A program made the translations under genes and the position numbers. From a virus: a DNA stretch of 64,000 nucleotides. The notes beneath the pieces were generated by a model. It worked only from the letters and a program-made list of their open reading frames with translations, was not told the DNA's origin and did not search any database. The stretch is from positions 23,476-87,475 of the IMG/VR virus record IMGVR_UViG_3300044608_001826. The stretch is one strand, 5' to 3'. Below are positions 40,754-50,644 of this stretch, piece after piece; within the stretch, counting starts at the first letter, position 1; every line of letters starts with the position of its first letter.

Positions 40754-42979
40754 ATGGCGGACAATCTGAGCCTTCGACAGCGGTTCACCGAGATTCTTGA
40801 AGCCTCGCGGACTCAGGATCGGAGCAGGCAGTCCGCCACGATGGTGGTTTTAAGTCATCTGCAGCAAATGACGCTGTTGATGATTAAGAAAGGTTTATTT
40901 TTCTACTGTGAGCAAGATACTTTTCAGGGTCGTACCAAGTTTTTAGATAATTTAATTTCTTTAAATAAGTTAGATATTCGTTTTCCCTCGATTATTCGTA
41001 ATTTCTTAATCGACGGGTGTGGGCTCTTCTATTTTCGACCAGACCCGAAGTTAAAGTACCAAATTTATTTCTTTCCTAAGAGCCAGTACCGTGTTTATCA
41101 CGATGTAAACGGAGATATCGAAGAAGTCGTAATTCTCTACAGTTATAAGGTTAGAAATTCGACTTTAGGTTTGCCTGCTGAGACCTACGGGCAAAACAAA
41201 CGTTATGTTCGTATCTCTATAACTGCGGATCTTATTAAAGAGTTCGAATCTAATAGTGAACTCAGTTTTGAGCTCGATCCTGGGCAGGTTCTAACTCCTC
41301 AAAATAGTCGGCCTAACGATCTAGGTTTTATTCCGGCTGTTGAGGTTCTCAACAAACCCAATTCCAGTGGGACAGAGGGTGAGGGAGAGTTTGACTCCTT
41401 TATGGAGCAAATCGTTCTCCACGACAGCCTCGTTAAGAACATCGCTAAGAACATTGAATTTTTTGGTAACCCCACTCTGATTAGTTCGCGTCCTCGTAGC
41501 GATCTGGTCGAAGCTTCGGACGCGGATCGTACTTTCCGTCCGACAATCAGCAGTCAAAGCGGATTCGCCGGACGCGATACTCCTTCGACTCGGGTTTCGG
41601 AGCCTTTCGGTTCCTCGGCAATGATTGGTGGTTTACGCGTACCACGCGTTATCGCCAATATCGAACCCTCGGACCGTGTGGGCTATATGACGCCCGACCC
41701 GGTGAACGGGGACATGAATCGTTACGCTTTGTTACTGCGTGAAGAGATTCGAACTGCTTTAGGGGGTGTTGACGAAATTTCTATCTCGGCTGGCGCTACA
41801 GCTACTGAGATTAAAGGCTTGATGGGTCGTGCTCAGGCCACGGCTTTACGTAAGAACAAGAGTTTCCTTACGTATGGTTTCTGCCGACTCTTGGAGATGA
41901 TTATTTATCACCAAGAACAAGTCTTCCGCGAGAGCTTTATCGCTGTCACGGGCATGACTGCCCCTAATCCCCCTAAGGAGCAAACAGAGGAAGCCCTTAC
42001 TCGATATCAGAAGCGAGTAGCTAAGTATGAATCTGACATTGATGCAGCTATTAATAAAGCACTAACTGAGAACAAGGTTCCTTCGGGTGTCTACGGTCTA
42101 CCTCCTGATGGAGATCGCGATGTTTCTTATCGCTTCCAAGGGGATGTTTATGAGGATACCGCTTACGACATCAACCAAAAGTCGATCGTCGTCAGGAACC
42201 TTCAAGAACTAGGTGTGGACAGCGTTGAGGCGCTCAAATACCTGTTCCCTGATAAGACAGATTCTGAACGAGCGGAAATGCTCAAAGGTTTTCCGTTCAG
42301 AATGATCCAACAAACTCAGGGCGCATTTCAACAATTTCTATTATTATTTAATCAGATGTTGCAAGTGCCACATCCTCTCATGCCGAATCAACCGCTTGCG
42401 GCTGATCCTCGGCTAAACATCACGCCCCTGTTATACAGGACGTTTGATCACCTCGCGCAAGAACTGACTTACTCGGGCAGCTATGAGCCAGCAGATCCCA
42501 GCTTCGATCCCGAGCCCGGTATCCCCGGCGGTAGCGGCCCCGCAGGCGGCGCCCTCGGCGGATTCGGGTTCAACAACCTACCCGCAATGGGTAGCAACTA
42601 CCCAGGGGGCGCCTTCGGCAACTATGCCCCAAGCGCCGTCGCAGGTAACACAGGCTACGGTCCCTTCTACCAACAGCCAGTACAACCAGTTTCAGTCGGC
42701 ATCCTCCCCGTCGAATCCGTGGGAGGCGGCTATGGGCAGCCTGGAGCGGGTAGTCTCCCGGCTCTCCCCGTCCCCCAGCCAGACAGCATCGTATCCGCAG
42801 TACCAAACGTCGGTACCGGATACTCAACTGTACAGTCAGAGTTCACAGGCCCAACCGTATCTTTACCAGGCACCCCAGGCTCAGCCGACCTCGTACAGCA
42901 ACGGGTCTACGACCCAAACTTCTTATCCGACTTCTACGGAAGCACCGGAACTAAGCGCCGAAACAGCCGCCGTCGTTAA
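40754..42979 (+). CDS. Portal protein with long low-complexity C-terminal extension
   Basis: Size and position between TerL and scaffold/MCP; LGFIPAV, FFGNPTL motifs. Confidence 0.78.
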   Translation: MADNLSLRQRFTEILEASRTQDRSRQSATMVVLSHLQQMTLLMIKKGLFFYCEQDTFQGRTKFLDNLISLNKLDIRFPSIIRNFLIDGCGLFYFRPDPKLKYQIYFFPKSQYRVYHDVNGDIEEVVILYSYKVRNSTLGLPAETYGQNKRYVRISITADLIKEFESNSELSFELDPGQVLTPQNSRPNDLGFIPAVEVLNKPNSSGTEGEGEFDSFMEQIVLHDSLVKNIAKNIEFFGNPTLISSRPRSDLVEASDADRTFRPTISSQSGFAGRDTPSTRVSEPFGSSAMIGGLRVPRVIANIEPSDRVGYMTPDPVNGDMNRYALLLREEIRTALGGVDEISISAGATATEIKGLMGRAQATALRKNKSFLTYGFCRLLEMIIYHQEQVFRESFIAVTGMTAPNPPKEQTEEALTRYQKRVAKYESDIDAAINKALTENKVPSGVYGLPPDGDRDVSYRFQGDVYEDTAYDINQKSIVVRNLQELGVDSVEALKYLFPDKTDSERAEMLKGFPFRMIQQTQGAFQQFLLLFNQMLQVPHPLMPNQPLAADPRLNITPLLYRTFDHLAQELTYSGSYEPADPSFDPEPGIPGGSGPAGGALGGFGFNNLPAMGSNYPGGAFGNYAPSAVAGNTGYGPFYQQPVQPVSVGILPVESVGGGYGQPGAGSLPALPVPQPDSIVSAVPNVGTGYSTVQSEFTGPTVSLPGTPGSADLVQQRVYDPNFLSDFYGSTGTKRRNSRRR

Positions 42980-43412
42980 TCACTTCGGCCTGGAAGCTCC
43001 TGGCATCCTCAATCAGTACGCAGTTACTCTTGAGGATGCTCTGATGTCTCAGCAGCAAACTCTCGATTCCGTTGCGAATCGTGCCGCTGTGATGGAGCAT
43101 ATTCTGACGGATCCCGAGCAACTGGCTGATTACACGGACCGTTTCTTCACTGAGGTCTACCCCGTGGAAACCGTGTACGATCAAGCCGCTTCTTCCTACC
43201 CGGAGGATAACGGTTACGGCTACGAGCCTCGTTACGATCAAATGCCTGCTGTACCTGCTGGCGCTATTCAGAATGCCCCCACGAACACTGAGCTTCAGTG
43301 GGAGGGTTTCTCTGAGACCATGAACCGTAGTCCCGAGCAAGCTTGGCGCTACCTGTCTCAGATGAATCCTGAAGCTTTCCGCAGCAAGCTCCTGTTTATG
43401 GATGCAAGCTGA
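42483..43412 (+). CDS. Putative capsid scaffolding protein
   Basis: P/Q/S-rich N-terminus, helical C-terminus, followed by a terminator; lies between portal and MCP. Confidence 0.62.
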   Translation: MSQQIPASIPSPVSPAVAAPQAAPSADSGSTTYPQWVATTQGAPSATMPQAPSQVTQATVPSTNSQYNQFQSASSPSNPWEAAMGSLERVVSRLSPSPSQTASYPQYQTSVPDTQLYSQSSQAQPYLYQAPQAQPTSYSNGSTTQTSYPTSTEAPELSAETAAVVNHFGLEAPGILNQYAVTLEDALMSQQQTLDSVANRAAVMEHILTDPEQLADYTDRFFTEVYPVETVYDQAASSYPEDNGYGYEPRYDQMPAVPAGAIQNAPTNTELQWEGFSETMNRSPEQAWRYLSQMNPEAFRSKLLFMDAS

Positions 43413-43440
43413 GGTATCCTTTAGTAGTAGGTGATGGGGA

Positions 43441-43470
43441 CTCCGCTCATAACGGGCGGAGTTTTTCTTT
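43441..43470 (+). terminator. Intrinsic terminator
   Basis: CTCCGCTC-ATAAC-GGGCGGAG followed by TTTTTCTTT. Confidence 0.8.
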
Positions 43471-44139
43471 ATGAATGCGCGTCACATTATTTCTGGTTTT
43501 TTCTGTTCGGTAGACGACGATCCGGCAGCACAGGCTTTTTCCGACTACTCCACGGTTATCGACGCCTTGAAGTATGCGGCTTTTAACGAGATACACCCGG
43601 ATTTTGAGTTTGCTAACGCTTTTCCGGGAGATCACTACCGACTCTTATCTGGTTTAATCTCGACTATCAATCCCGAGATTATGCTTGATATCGGGACGTA
43701 CAGAGGCTGCTCGTCCCGAGTGATGGTGGACAACAGTTCAGAAAATTCTTGTGTTTACACTTTTGACATCACAGGATGGCAGGAGTTTGATTGGACGGTC
43801 TTAACTGAGGACGATTTTGAGTCAAAGCGTTTAACACAGTTACTTGAGGATCTCTCTGATTTTTCTATCTTTACAAAGTATCTTAATTTGTTTGAGTGCG
43901 CGGATTTTATTATGTTGGACGGACCTAAGGATGGTCCGTTTGAAGAAACGCTTCTGGGTTATCTAAGTGCTAAAGAGTTACCAAATAAAACCCGTTGGCT
44001 TTTTATAGACGATATACGTTTTGAAAATATGTATAAATTATGGCGCTCGATAGCTTCCCCTAAAATTGATTTAAGTTCCTTTGGGCATTTTTCTGGGAGT
44101 GGACTTGTTAATATTCAAGAAGGGTTGAAGTTAATCTAG
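43471..44139 (+). CDS. Class I SAM methyltransferase (Methyltransf_24-like)
   Basis: LDIGTYRGCSS, YTFDI, DFIMLDGPK, FIDDI. Confidence 0.85.
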   Translation: MNARHIISGFFCSVDDDPAAQAFSDYSTVIDALKYAAFNEIHPDFEFANAFPGDHYRLLSGLISTINPEIMLDIGTYRGCSSRVMVDNSSENSCVYTFDITGWQEFDWTVLTEDDFESKRLTQLLEDLSDFSIFTKYLNLFECADFIMLDGPKDGPFEETLLGYLSAKELPNKTRWLFIDDIRFENMYKLWRSIASPKIDLSSFGHFSGSGLVNIQEGLKLI

Positions 44140-44306
44140 TGCCTTTCAAATCCGAAGCTCAACGACGTAAGTTTTATGCGATGGCTGAGCGTGGCGAGAT
44201 CTCAAAAGGCAAAGTAAAGGAGTACGAAGAAAAAACCAAAGGCGATCTCCCTGAGCGTATCCACCGAGCTAAGGCTAAGGCTCAAAAATTTTCAAAGAGC
44301 AAGTAA
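44139..44306 (+). CDS. Small basic phage protein
   Basis: Manual translation MPFKSEAQRRKFYAMAERGEISK...LPERI. Confidence 0.65.
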   Translation: MPFKSEAQRRKFYAMAERGEISKGKVKEYEEKTKGDLPERIHRAKAKAQKFSKSK

Positions 44307-44576
44307 ACTGACAACATCAACTTAATCAGTCCTCATCATGCCTAATTCTCTCGGTCGTCGATACGCTTCTAACGGCGGTGGCTCTGGGTCTAATAACGCA
44401 GAGATCGAACGTCTTAAGAAAGAGCTCGAAGAACTTAAAGCCGCTTACGTTCAGGACATGACGAGTATTAGCAACGATATGCAGACCCTAAACGCCAAGG
44501 TTGAGCCCTCTGGGACTGTAGAAGCGAGCTGATTTTTAATAAAACTTATACTGAGGGTATCTATTAAGGTGCCCTC

Positions 44577-45326
44577 GTGGTTTACGCGCCTCTAAGTAAT
44601 TATAAATATGATGATGGATATCACCGCATTCAAAGTGGTCCTGTTCACCCTACTTATATTGTTGTAAGTTCAGGGATACAGGATACCGGTGCCGATTACG
44701 GCATTATCACTCCTGGCCCCCCTAACAGCGGGTTGTACACGACAACCGCGTGGAGACAGGTACCCCAAGCCGTATCAGGATATTGGGTTGACTACGAAAA
44801 CAACGACTATCTCCCTAGCGGTTCTTTAAGCGCATACACCGGATATAGAAGTTTATATACAACCACAATTGCTAACGCAAAGGTCGTTACTTCCACGGGG
44901 CCTGAGTTTGGCATACGTAATGCCGGTACTTATAGGTACTACAACGGCATCGCTCCTTCAAACCAGGCGTACACGCCTTACGACACACCAGCAAGTAATA
45001 CTTCTGCGGAAGGAAGAACTGGAGGAGGGGTAACTCATAGAAGTTACGAAGGGAGCTTATTAATTAATGTTCTCGGTTCTCAGGGGACAGCGGATCGATC
45101 CCAGTGGAGGTACCAACCTCCTGTCTACTGTCAGACATTTACCGAGACCGTTCGTAGCGAAACTCCCGGCCTGATGTCTACAGCATTACGTTTTGTTTAC
45201 CGGGGGAAATCGACTCGATACGCTTATAACTATGGCAGCGTTTACTACCAAGCTCCTGAAGGAGTACGGAGTATGGTTAGGGTCTTTAGTCCTACTGTCA
45301 ACTCAAGCAACCAAAAATCTATTTAA
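44577..45326 (+). CDS. Putative structural protein
   Basis: 249 aa, Y/S/T/G-rich, directly upstream of MCP. Confidence 0.55.
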   Translation: MVYAPLSNYKYDDGYHRIQSGPVHPTYIVVSSGIQDTGADYGIITPGPPNSGLYTTTAWRQVPQAVSGYWVDYENNDYLPSGSLSAYTGYRSLYTTTIANAKVVTSTGPEFGIRNAGTYRYYNGIAPSNQAYTPYDTPASNTSAEGRTGGGVTHRSYEGSLLINVLGSQGTADRSQWRYQPPVYCQTFTETVRSETPGLMSTALRFVYRGKSTRYAYNYGSVYYQAPEGVRSMVRVFSPTVNSSNQKSI

Positions 45327-45407
45327 CGCTATAAATGCGACAACCTCTAGCTTCTATCGTAGTTTTTATAGGTAAACTACGTATGTAGTTCTTCGGAGGT
45401 TGGCGCT

Positions 45408-47518
45408 TTGTTCGTCGACAATGATTTTCCGAAGCTGCTCGGTGCAGAGCTCTACCGTCCGCATCCCGCGTACGTTGTAGAGATGGCTGCAGAGCCGGTT
45501 GTAGTGCACGACTTGGACTCATGAGTCTAGAGTCCCTTTAGGTGAAAGCCTTTAGGTTAAACTCCGTGAATTGCTGGAACGCCGGACCCGAAAGGGAGGC
45601 CAATCAGCAGCCAAGCCAATCAGAAATGGTTGGAAGGTTCAACGACTAACACTGCTCAAATGCTCTCTCGTAGCGATCGCTCCTTTTTAAAAGGAGTTTG
45701 TTTGGGTGATGGCCATTTACGGCAGGTGACTACTTACCCTAGTCTCCACATCGCTCACTCAAGAAAACAGTTTGAGTTCCTTCGCTGGAAAGTGGGGCGC
45801 TTAAACCGAATTCTGGGTATTAAACAACCCATAAAGGATCGCGAGTCTGATTGCCAGACCGGAACTTTTCCTTCCTGTCAATGGTGGTCCAATCAGAACG
45901 AGCTGTTACTACCTATTTATAGGGAACTGTATCCTCAGGGGAAAAAAGTTTTTACAGCTACTTTCCTCAGGGATATCGGTTTAGAAGGACTCGCCGTTCT
46001 CTACATGGACGACGGAAGCCTACACCTGAGAAAGCGTGGTGAATCCACGCAGACAGGAGAACCCTATATTAGGGAACGCATTGTAGAGCTGGCTTTATAC
46101 GTCCCTTATGATACTGCTTTAACGGTATCAGATTGGATAGAAAGTCTTACAGGAGCTTCTTTAACTCCTCGCGTGCCCTCTGCTAAAAAGAGTCCAAATT
46201 TATGGAATCTTCGCGCTAATGGGACAAACGCTAGGCATTTTGTAGAAGCACTTAAGCCTTACGGGTGTAAAGCTATGCAATACAAATTTGACCTTCGTTA
46301 TGACACTCGAACTAACCGAGGAAAGTCAAAATGGAGCGAGGCTGAACGCAACAATTTTGTTGTAGAAGCCGATAAGGTGACACGAGTGCGGAGCACCCAA
46401 ACAGGGGAAAACCCCGCTGTGGGTGATGATATAGTCTACTCATCAACGCCCTTAAGTTGATGTTACGTGAGGATAAAGAGCCTCTCGGTGCTTATTAAAG
46501 CATTACAGGTAGCAAACAACCCGGCCAGACCGTCCAGCTTGATCGTTATCGCTTCTGGGGTAACCCCGGCAGCAAGGAATCCCGTGAGCGTACTGCTGAG
46601 CAGACCATTGGTACTGCCAACAGCCGCAACATTGTGAAGGACAAAGTGCTCGTGACCCTTCGCGAGTACACCGGTCCTGCAGACCCGACTGATCCCACTC
46701 AGCCCAGCACCTTCAAGATTGCTCGCGAGACTCTGATCACCGCGCAGCGTCTTCTGCTGGATACCGGCAACCTGACTGCCTTCCACCAGTCGATTGGTTC
46801 GCTGACTCTGCTCGACGACTATCGTCGTTGGCGTGACCGGGTGTTCATCAATGAACTCCTGAAAGCTGTTTCTAAGGGTCAGGCTTCTGACTCCCAAGGT
46901 GGTTACTACTACCCTGGCGACCTTGCTGTTGGTGCTCTGACCTACAGCAACGCCGAGCAAGCTAAGTTCGACGTTAAGGACGACCTGCTGCGCGTGGTGA
47001 AGAGCCTGCGTAAGCGTAACGTTCCTACCTACCAGGACGGTTTCTATCGCTGCGTTTGCGATCCTACCTTCCTGATGCACCTGCGCCAGAACAGCGACTT
47101 CCGTGAAGTTGCTCGTTATCCCGGCAACGGTCAAATCAACCCCCTCATGTCCTCGATGCAGCCCAACGCTGCTCTGTACATGGGTCAGGGCTTCGGTCAA
47201 GCCACCTTCGTGGCTGGTGAGCCGATCATGCCCACCGGTTTCGTTTTTGAGGGCGTGCGATTCTTCGAATCCACCAACATGCCTTCGCAAAGCGCTACCG
47301 CTACCATTGGCGGCACCTCGTCTTCGTACGAAACCGCTATCGGTATGTTCTTCGGTCCCCAGAGCGTAGGCGTCGGTATCGGCGGCAACAACGCTCAGGT
47401 GCTGCTGAACAACAATGACGACTTCAGCCGTTTCATCATGATGATTTGGAGCCTGTACGCAGGTTTCGAACTTCTGAACGCTGATTTCGCCACCATCGCT
47501 TACTCCTTTAACGCCTGA
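45408..47518 (+). CDS. Major capsid protein, spliced: join(45408..45514,46510..47518), 371 aa
   Basis: GGAGG SD then TTG. Exon 1 MFVDNDFPKLLGAELYRPHPAYVVEMAAEPVVVHD joins through TT|T (Phe) in frame to SKQPGQTVQLDRYRFWG... and into the 46634 ORF. Strong codon bias; GVRFFES and DDFSRF motifs as in N4-gp56-like capsids. Confidence 0.88.
45515..46509 (+). mobile_element. Group I self-splicing intron
   Basis: Exon ends in U and intron ends in G; P1 GACTT/GAGTC with U-G wobble; core elements AATTGCTGGAA, AATCAGCAG, GTTCAACGACTA, GATATAGTCT. Confidence 0.9.
45660..46460 (+). CDS. Intron-encoded double-motif LAGLIDADG homing endonuclease
   Basis: LKGVCLGDG and LAVLYMDDG motifs, HSRKQFEFL.WK, LYPQGKK. 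Confidence 0.9.
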   Translation: MLSRSDRSFLKGVCLGDGHLRQVTTYPSLHIAHSRKQFEFLRWKVGRLNRILGIKQPIKDRESDCQTGTFPSCQWWSNQNELLLPIYRELYPQGKKVFTATFLRDIGLEGLAVLYMDDGSLHLRKRGESTQTGEPYIRERIVELALYVPYDTALTVSDWIESLTGASLTPRVPSAKKSPNLWNLRANGTNARHFVEALKPYGCKAMQYKFDLRYDTRTNRGKSKWSEAERNNFVVEADKVTRVRSTQTGENPAVGDDIVYSSTPLS

Positions 47519-47535
47519 TAAGGAGGTAACTAACG

Positions 47536-48399
47536 ATGGCAATTAATCCTCAGCAGATTGCAGTTTCCAAGATCTACCCTGGAAACTACACCAACGTTCT
47601 GCGCTACTGGCATTCCACCAGCAGCTTTAGCTTCCTGAACGAGAACGGTACTTCCGAGACCTACAGCAACCAGCCTATTGGCGGTCCTGTCGGCGTGGTG
47701 TTCCGTCCCGGCTGGATTGCTCAGCAAGCTGTTGGTTACGTTGACCTGTCTTACCAGGGCAGCTCCAGCACCAACCAGCTGGATTACTACACCCAACCTT
47801 GGGCTTCTGGCCAGAATGGCACCAACCAGCCCTTCAAGGCTGGCGACGTGATCATTCCGTCCCCCGACGCTTACAAGGATGTTCGCGCCGATATCACCGA
47901 TGGCATCACCGTGCCTTCTGGTGCATATGTGTATCGCGTGTCCGTCCGTCTTGACGGCGGCGACGTGATTTCCAGCGGTATCGCTGGTGCACAGACCGCT
48001 CCCGCTCTCGGCGTGGGTCCCGCCCTGTCTTCGGGTCTGACCACCGCTCCCAGCCCCAGCGGTTTCTTCGCCAACCTCGTCGGTTCGAGCAGCCGCATCG
48101 AGAACGGCACGTTCGCTTCCAGCAATGCCTGGAATGCTGCGAACATGCACGTGGTGACTGCAGACACCAAGTACCGTCTGTACAGCACCGCTACCGTCCC
48201 TGGTTCCGGCCTGGGTCTCGGTTCTGGTGTGTACGATCCCCGCGCTCAAGCCAACAAACTGTCTGGCAAGAACAAAGCGCTGGGTATCTGTGAGGTCTGC
48301 TGGCTTGTGCCCGACGAAGCGCCCAAGCGCGACGATCTGGCTCTTCAGCCCGCCGGTCTTGTGGAGTCGAGCGTGTATACCTCGACTGTTCCTCAGTGA
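47536..48399 (+). CDS. Putative minor capsid/decoration protein
   Basis: AGGAGG SD, same codon bias as MCP, ends at a terminator. Confidence 0.65.
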   Translation: MAINPQQIAVSKIYPGNYTNVLRYWHSTSSFSFLNENGTSETYSNQPIGGPVGVVFRPGWIAQQAVGYVDLSYQGSSSTNQLDYYTQPWASGQNGTNQPFKAGDVIIPSPDAYKDVRADITDGITVPSGAYVYRVSVRLDGGDVISSGIAGAQTAPALGVGPALSSGLTTAPSPSGFFANLVGSSSRIENGTFASSNAWNAANMHVVTADTKYRLYSTATVPGSGLGLGSGVYDPRAQANKLSGKNKALGICEVCWLVPDEAPKRDDLALQPAGLVESSVYTSTVPQ

Positions 48400-48423
48400 T
48401 GACCTTCTTATAGGTCTTTTAAG

Positions 48424-48447
48424 AGCCCCCTTAAAGGGGGCTTTTTT
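48424..48447 (+). terminator. Intrinsic terminator (possibly bidirectional)
   Basis: AGCCCCCT-TAA-AGGGGGCT followed by TTTTT, between convergent genes. Confidence 0.85.
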
Positions 48448-48940
48448 ATTGGGGTTTTTGTGCGGCTTTTCTAAGCATCTCCTCTTTTATTTCCTGCGCT
48501 CTTTGCTCGGGATCCATACTGTAAGAACCTTGTAAATCTGGGTTTAATTTGTCAACTACTTCCAGCGCCCATGCCTCTGGGTTTAGGTAATCCAGAAACC
48601 CAGCTAAGCGAGCTGCTGACTGGGGGGAGCCTAAGACTGAACTTTTTATGAGAGGATTTGGATGAGACACCACCATCGCTCGCTGCGTGGGAGTCTTCGC
48701 TCCTTCTACTCGTTGTTTCTGGACTGCACCTACGGTTCTTGTTGCCCACGGTGCAATCGTTAGTAAGTCTGCTGGTTGAGCTACTGATGCAGCTAATCCC
48801 GCACTCGCTTTTGCTGCCGCTCGTCTTGCGGAGGACATAGGGTCTAACCCTGCACCTCTCCCAGCACCGTATTCGCTGGCGAAGTTTACAACATCTCCAA
48901 CAAACGGTACCGCTTTTAACCAGCTTGGTAACGGTGCCAT
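48446..48940 (-). CDS. Hypothetical protein
   Basis: 164-aa ORF filling the gap, convergent on the terminator. Confidence 0.55.
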   Translation of the reverse strand: MAPLPSWLKAVPFVGDVVNFASEYGAGRGAGLDPMSSARRAAAKASAGLAASVAQPADLLTIAPWATRTVGAVQKQRVEGAKTPTQRAMVVSHPNPLIKSSVLGSPQSAARLAGFLDYLNPEAWALEVVDKLNPDLQGSYSMDPEQRAQEIKEEMLRKAAQKPQ

Positions 48941-49005
48941 TTTTCTGGATTACTACCACCCTTTTCGTATCTTAGACTAAGATACCGCCAGACACTGTTT
49001 ACATA

Positions 49006-49440
49006 ATGACTGTCGCCTCTATGAAGGAGTACACCTACACCCCTAATGGCGTAAAGATTGAAGTTCTCAGCACTCACGATGAGGGCGAGTACTTTATGGT
49101 TCGTTCTTTAACAACAGGTAAGGTCTTCTTCGCACACAAGAATCAAGTAGCAGAAGAGGTTAAAGAGCCTGAAGCCGACCCTAAGAACGTGAAACAACGG
49201 CGTGGGCGACAGTTAGTTAAGCCTGAGGTTGAGGCTTTCGCTCGTATCAACATTAATTCTGCAACTCCCCAGCTTCTGACTCAAGTTCTTAAAGGCGTTG
49301 GCCTTAAGACAGCTACTGAGATAAAAGAATTACAACAAGGAATGCCCGGAGAACGCTTCACCAAGCTGGATCAATTAAGGGCTATTACCCGTGTCAATTG
49401 GGATGAAGTCTTAGCTGATGATAAAGTTTACGTAGAGTAA
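49006..49440 (+). CDS. Helix-hairpin-helix (ComEA-like) protein
   Basis: ININSAT...L...LKGVGLKTA..I...F..LDQL. Confidence 0.8.
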   Translation: MTVASMKEYTYTPNGVKIEVLSTHDEGEYFMVRSLTTGKVFFAHKNQVAEEVKEPEADPKNVKQRRGRQLVKPEVEAFARININSATPQLLTQVLKGVGLKTATEIKELQQGMPGERFTKLDQLRAITRVNWDEVLADDKVYVE

Positions 49441-49441
49441 T

Positions 49442-49990
49442 TTAAATCCAATCCCAAGTTTCACCGTTTTTTATGGCGTAGATATTTCGTCTGTCTACGC
49501 CATATTTTTTAGCTAGTCTCGTAATTAAACCTCTACACGGTGTGCTTAAGGCTATTTTTATATTTTTTACATCTTCTTCACTTAATTTATTGTTTGGGTG
49601 TTTTTCTCCTCTAATACCTTTATTTTTATACTTATTTCTATTTAATTGTTGTTCTTTTTTTGTGGCCCATCGGCAATTTTCTGGAGAATACCCTTTGTTA
49701 TTATCTATTCGATCTAGTGAGTGAGCTTTGGACGGTTTAGGACCCATATCCGCAATAAAGTTTTGAAACCCTTCGGAAGTCTTACCTCCATTTCTGCGAT
49801 TAATTAACCATCTATCGCATACGGTTATTCCTCTGTTTCCGTATTTTGCGTAAGCCCTGTGAGACTTGCAATAACAACGCGTAAGCATAGATCTGTATGT
49901 ATTTTGAAGAGGATGCTCTGCCCATAATCGCGGTTGAGTCATGTCTCGTTTTTCAGGGATTAGACTATAGCATAAAGGCCCCTTAATCAT
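49442..49990 (-). CDS. Free-standing HNH-type homing endonuclease (start probably MTQPRL)
   Basis: SMLTRC, YGNRGITVCDRW, FIADMG, SLDRIDNNKGYSPENCRWAT, C-terminal HTH. Confidence 0.88.
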   Translation of the reverse strand: MIKGPLCYSLIPEKRDMTQPRLWAEHPLQNTYRSMLTRCYCKSHRAYAKYGNRGITVCDRWLINRRNGGKTSEGFQNFIADMGPKPSKAHSLDRIDNNKGYSPENCRWATKKEQQLNRNKYKNKGIRGEKHPNNKLSEEDVKNIKIALSTPCRGLITRLAKKYGVDRRNIYAIKNGETWDWI

Positions 49991-50609
49991 GGCTCAGCTT
50001 ACAACGCAAGAGTTAGAACAAATACAAAGTTACCTAGCTCAACAAGGTGTTGTATTTCAACCTGATGTTACTGATGCCACTAAAAGAGAAATAATTTATG
50101 CGACTATTAATCAACTAACGCGTAACCCAGCGCAAACGTTTGGTTACCGTCTTGATGATTTTAACTTTAGTCGCGTAGCATATCACTTAGGTTACAATAT
50201 TGCCACGGTTCCTGCGGGTGATTATGCCCGCTTGATGGAAGCGTGCAATAGCGTTCCTAGCGAGTACTACTACGACAAAATCGTTCAACAGATCGAACGT
50301 TGCGAAGATGCTGAGCGTTTAACTGAGCTTGCTACGGGTCGAGCAACCAGTCGTCAAGAGACGATCTTGGGTGACGTTAGCCGCTCGATCAACATTCAAG
50401 ATAAACGGGAGACCGCCCGAATCTGGCGGGAGAACTACCTGTATGAGTGTGATCGATTAGCTCACATGCTGTATGTTCCTAACTACCGAGACCCCGTGGC
50501 AGCACGTTATCGGTTCGAACGTAGTGGCGGTGAGTTTATCCAAGCTCTGCCTGGACCGCCTGATGTTTCCCGGTCTGACCGTCTTTATTTCTACGCGAAT
50601 TGGCGATAA
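49989..50609 (+). CDS. Putative head-completion/structural protein
   Basis: 206 aa, RVAYHLGY and LAHMLYVPNY motifs; position after the capsid genes. Confidence 0.55.
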   Translation: MAQLTTQELEQIQSYLAQQGVVFQPDVTDATKREIIYATINQLTRNPAQTFGYRLDDFNFSRVAYHLGYNIATVPAGDYARLMEACNSVPSEYYYDKIVQQIERCEDAERLTELATGRATSRQETILGDVSRSINIQDKRETARIWRENYLYECDRLAHMLYVPNYRDPVAARYRFERSGGEFIQALPGPPDVSRSDRLYFYANWR

Positions 50610-50644
50610 CGGCTATAGTTGTATAAGAAATACATACAGTACCG

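Noticed and set aside
45630-46460. Endonuclease as an intein or a free-standing gene
   Set aside because: It has its own stop codon, lacks intein terminal residues and is enclosed by group I core elements.
46463-48249. Long minus-strand ORFs 46463..47542 and 47530..48249
   Set aside because: Antisense shadows of the codon-biased capsid genes; no motifs.
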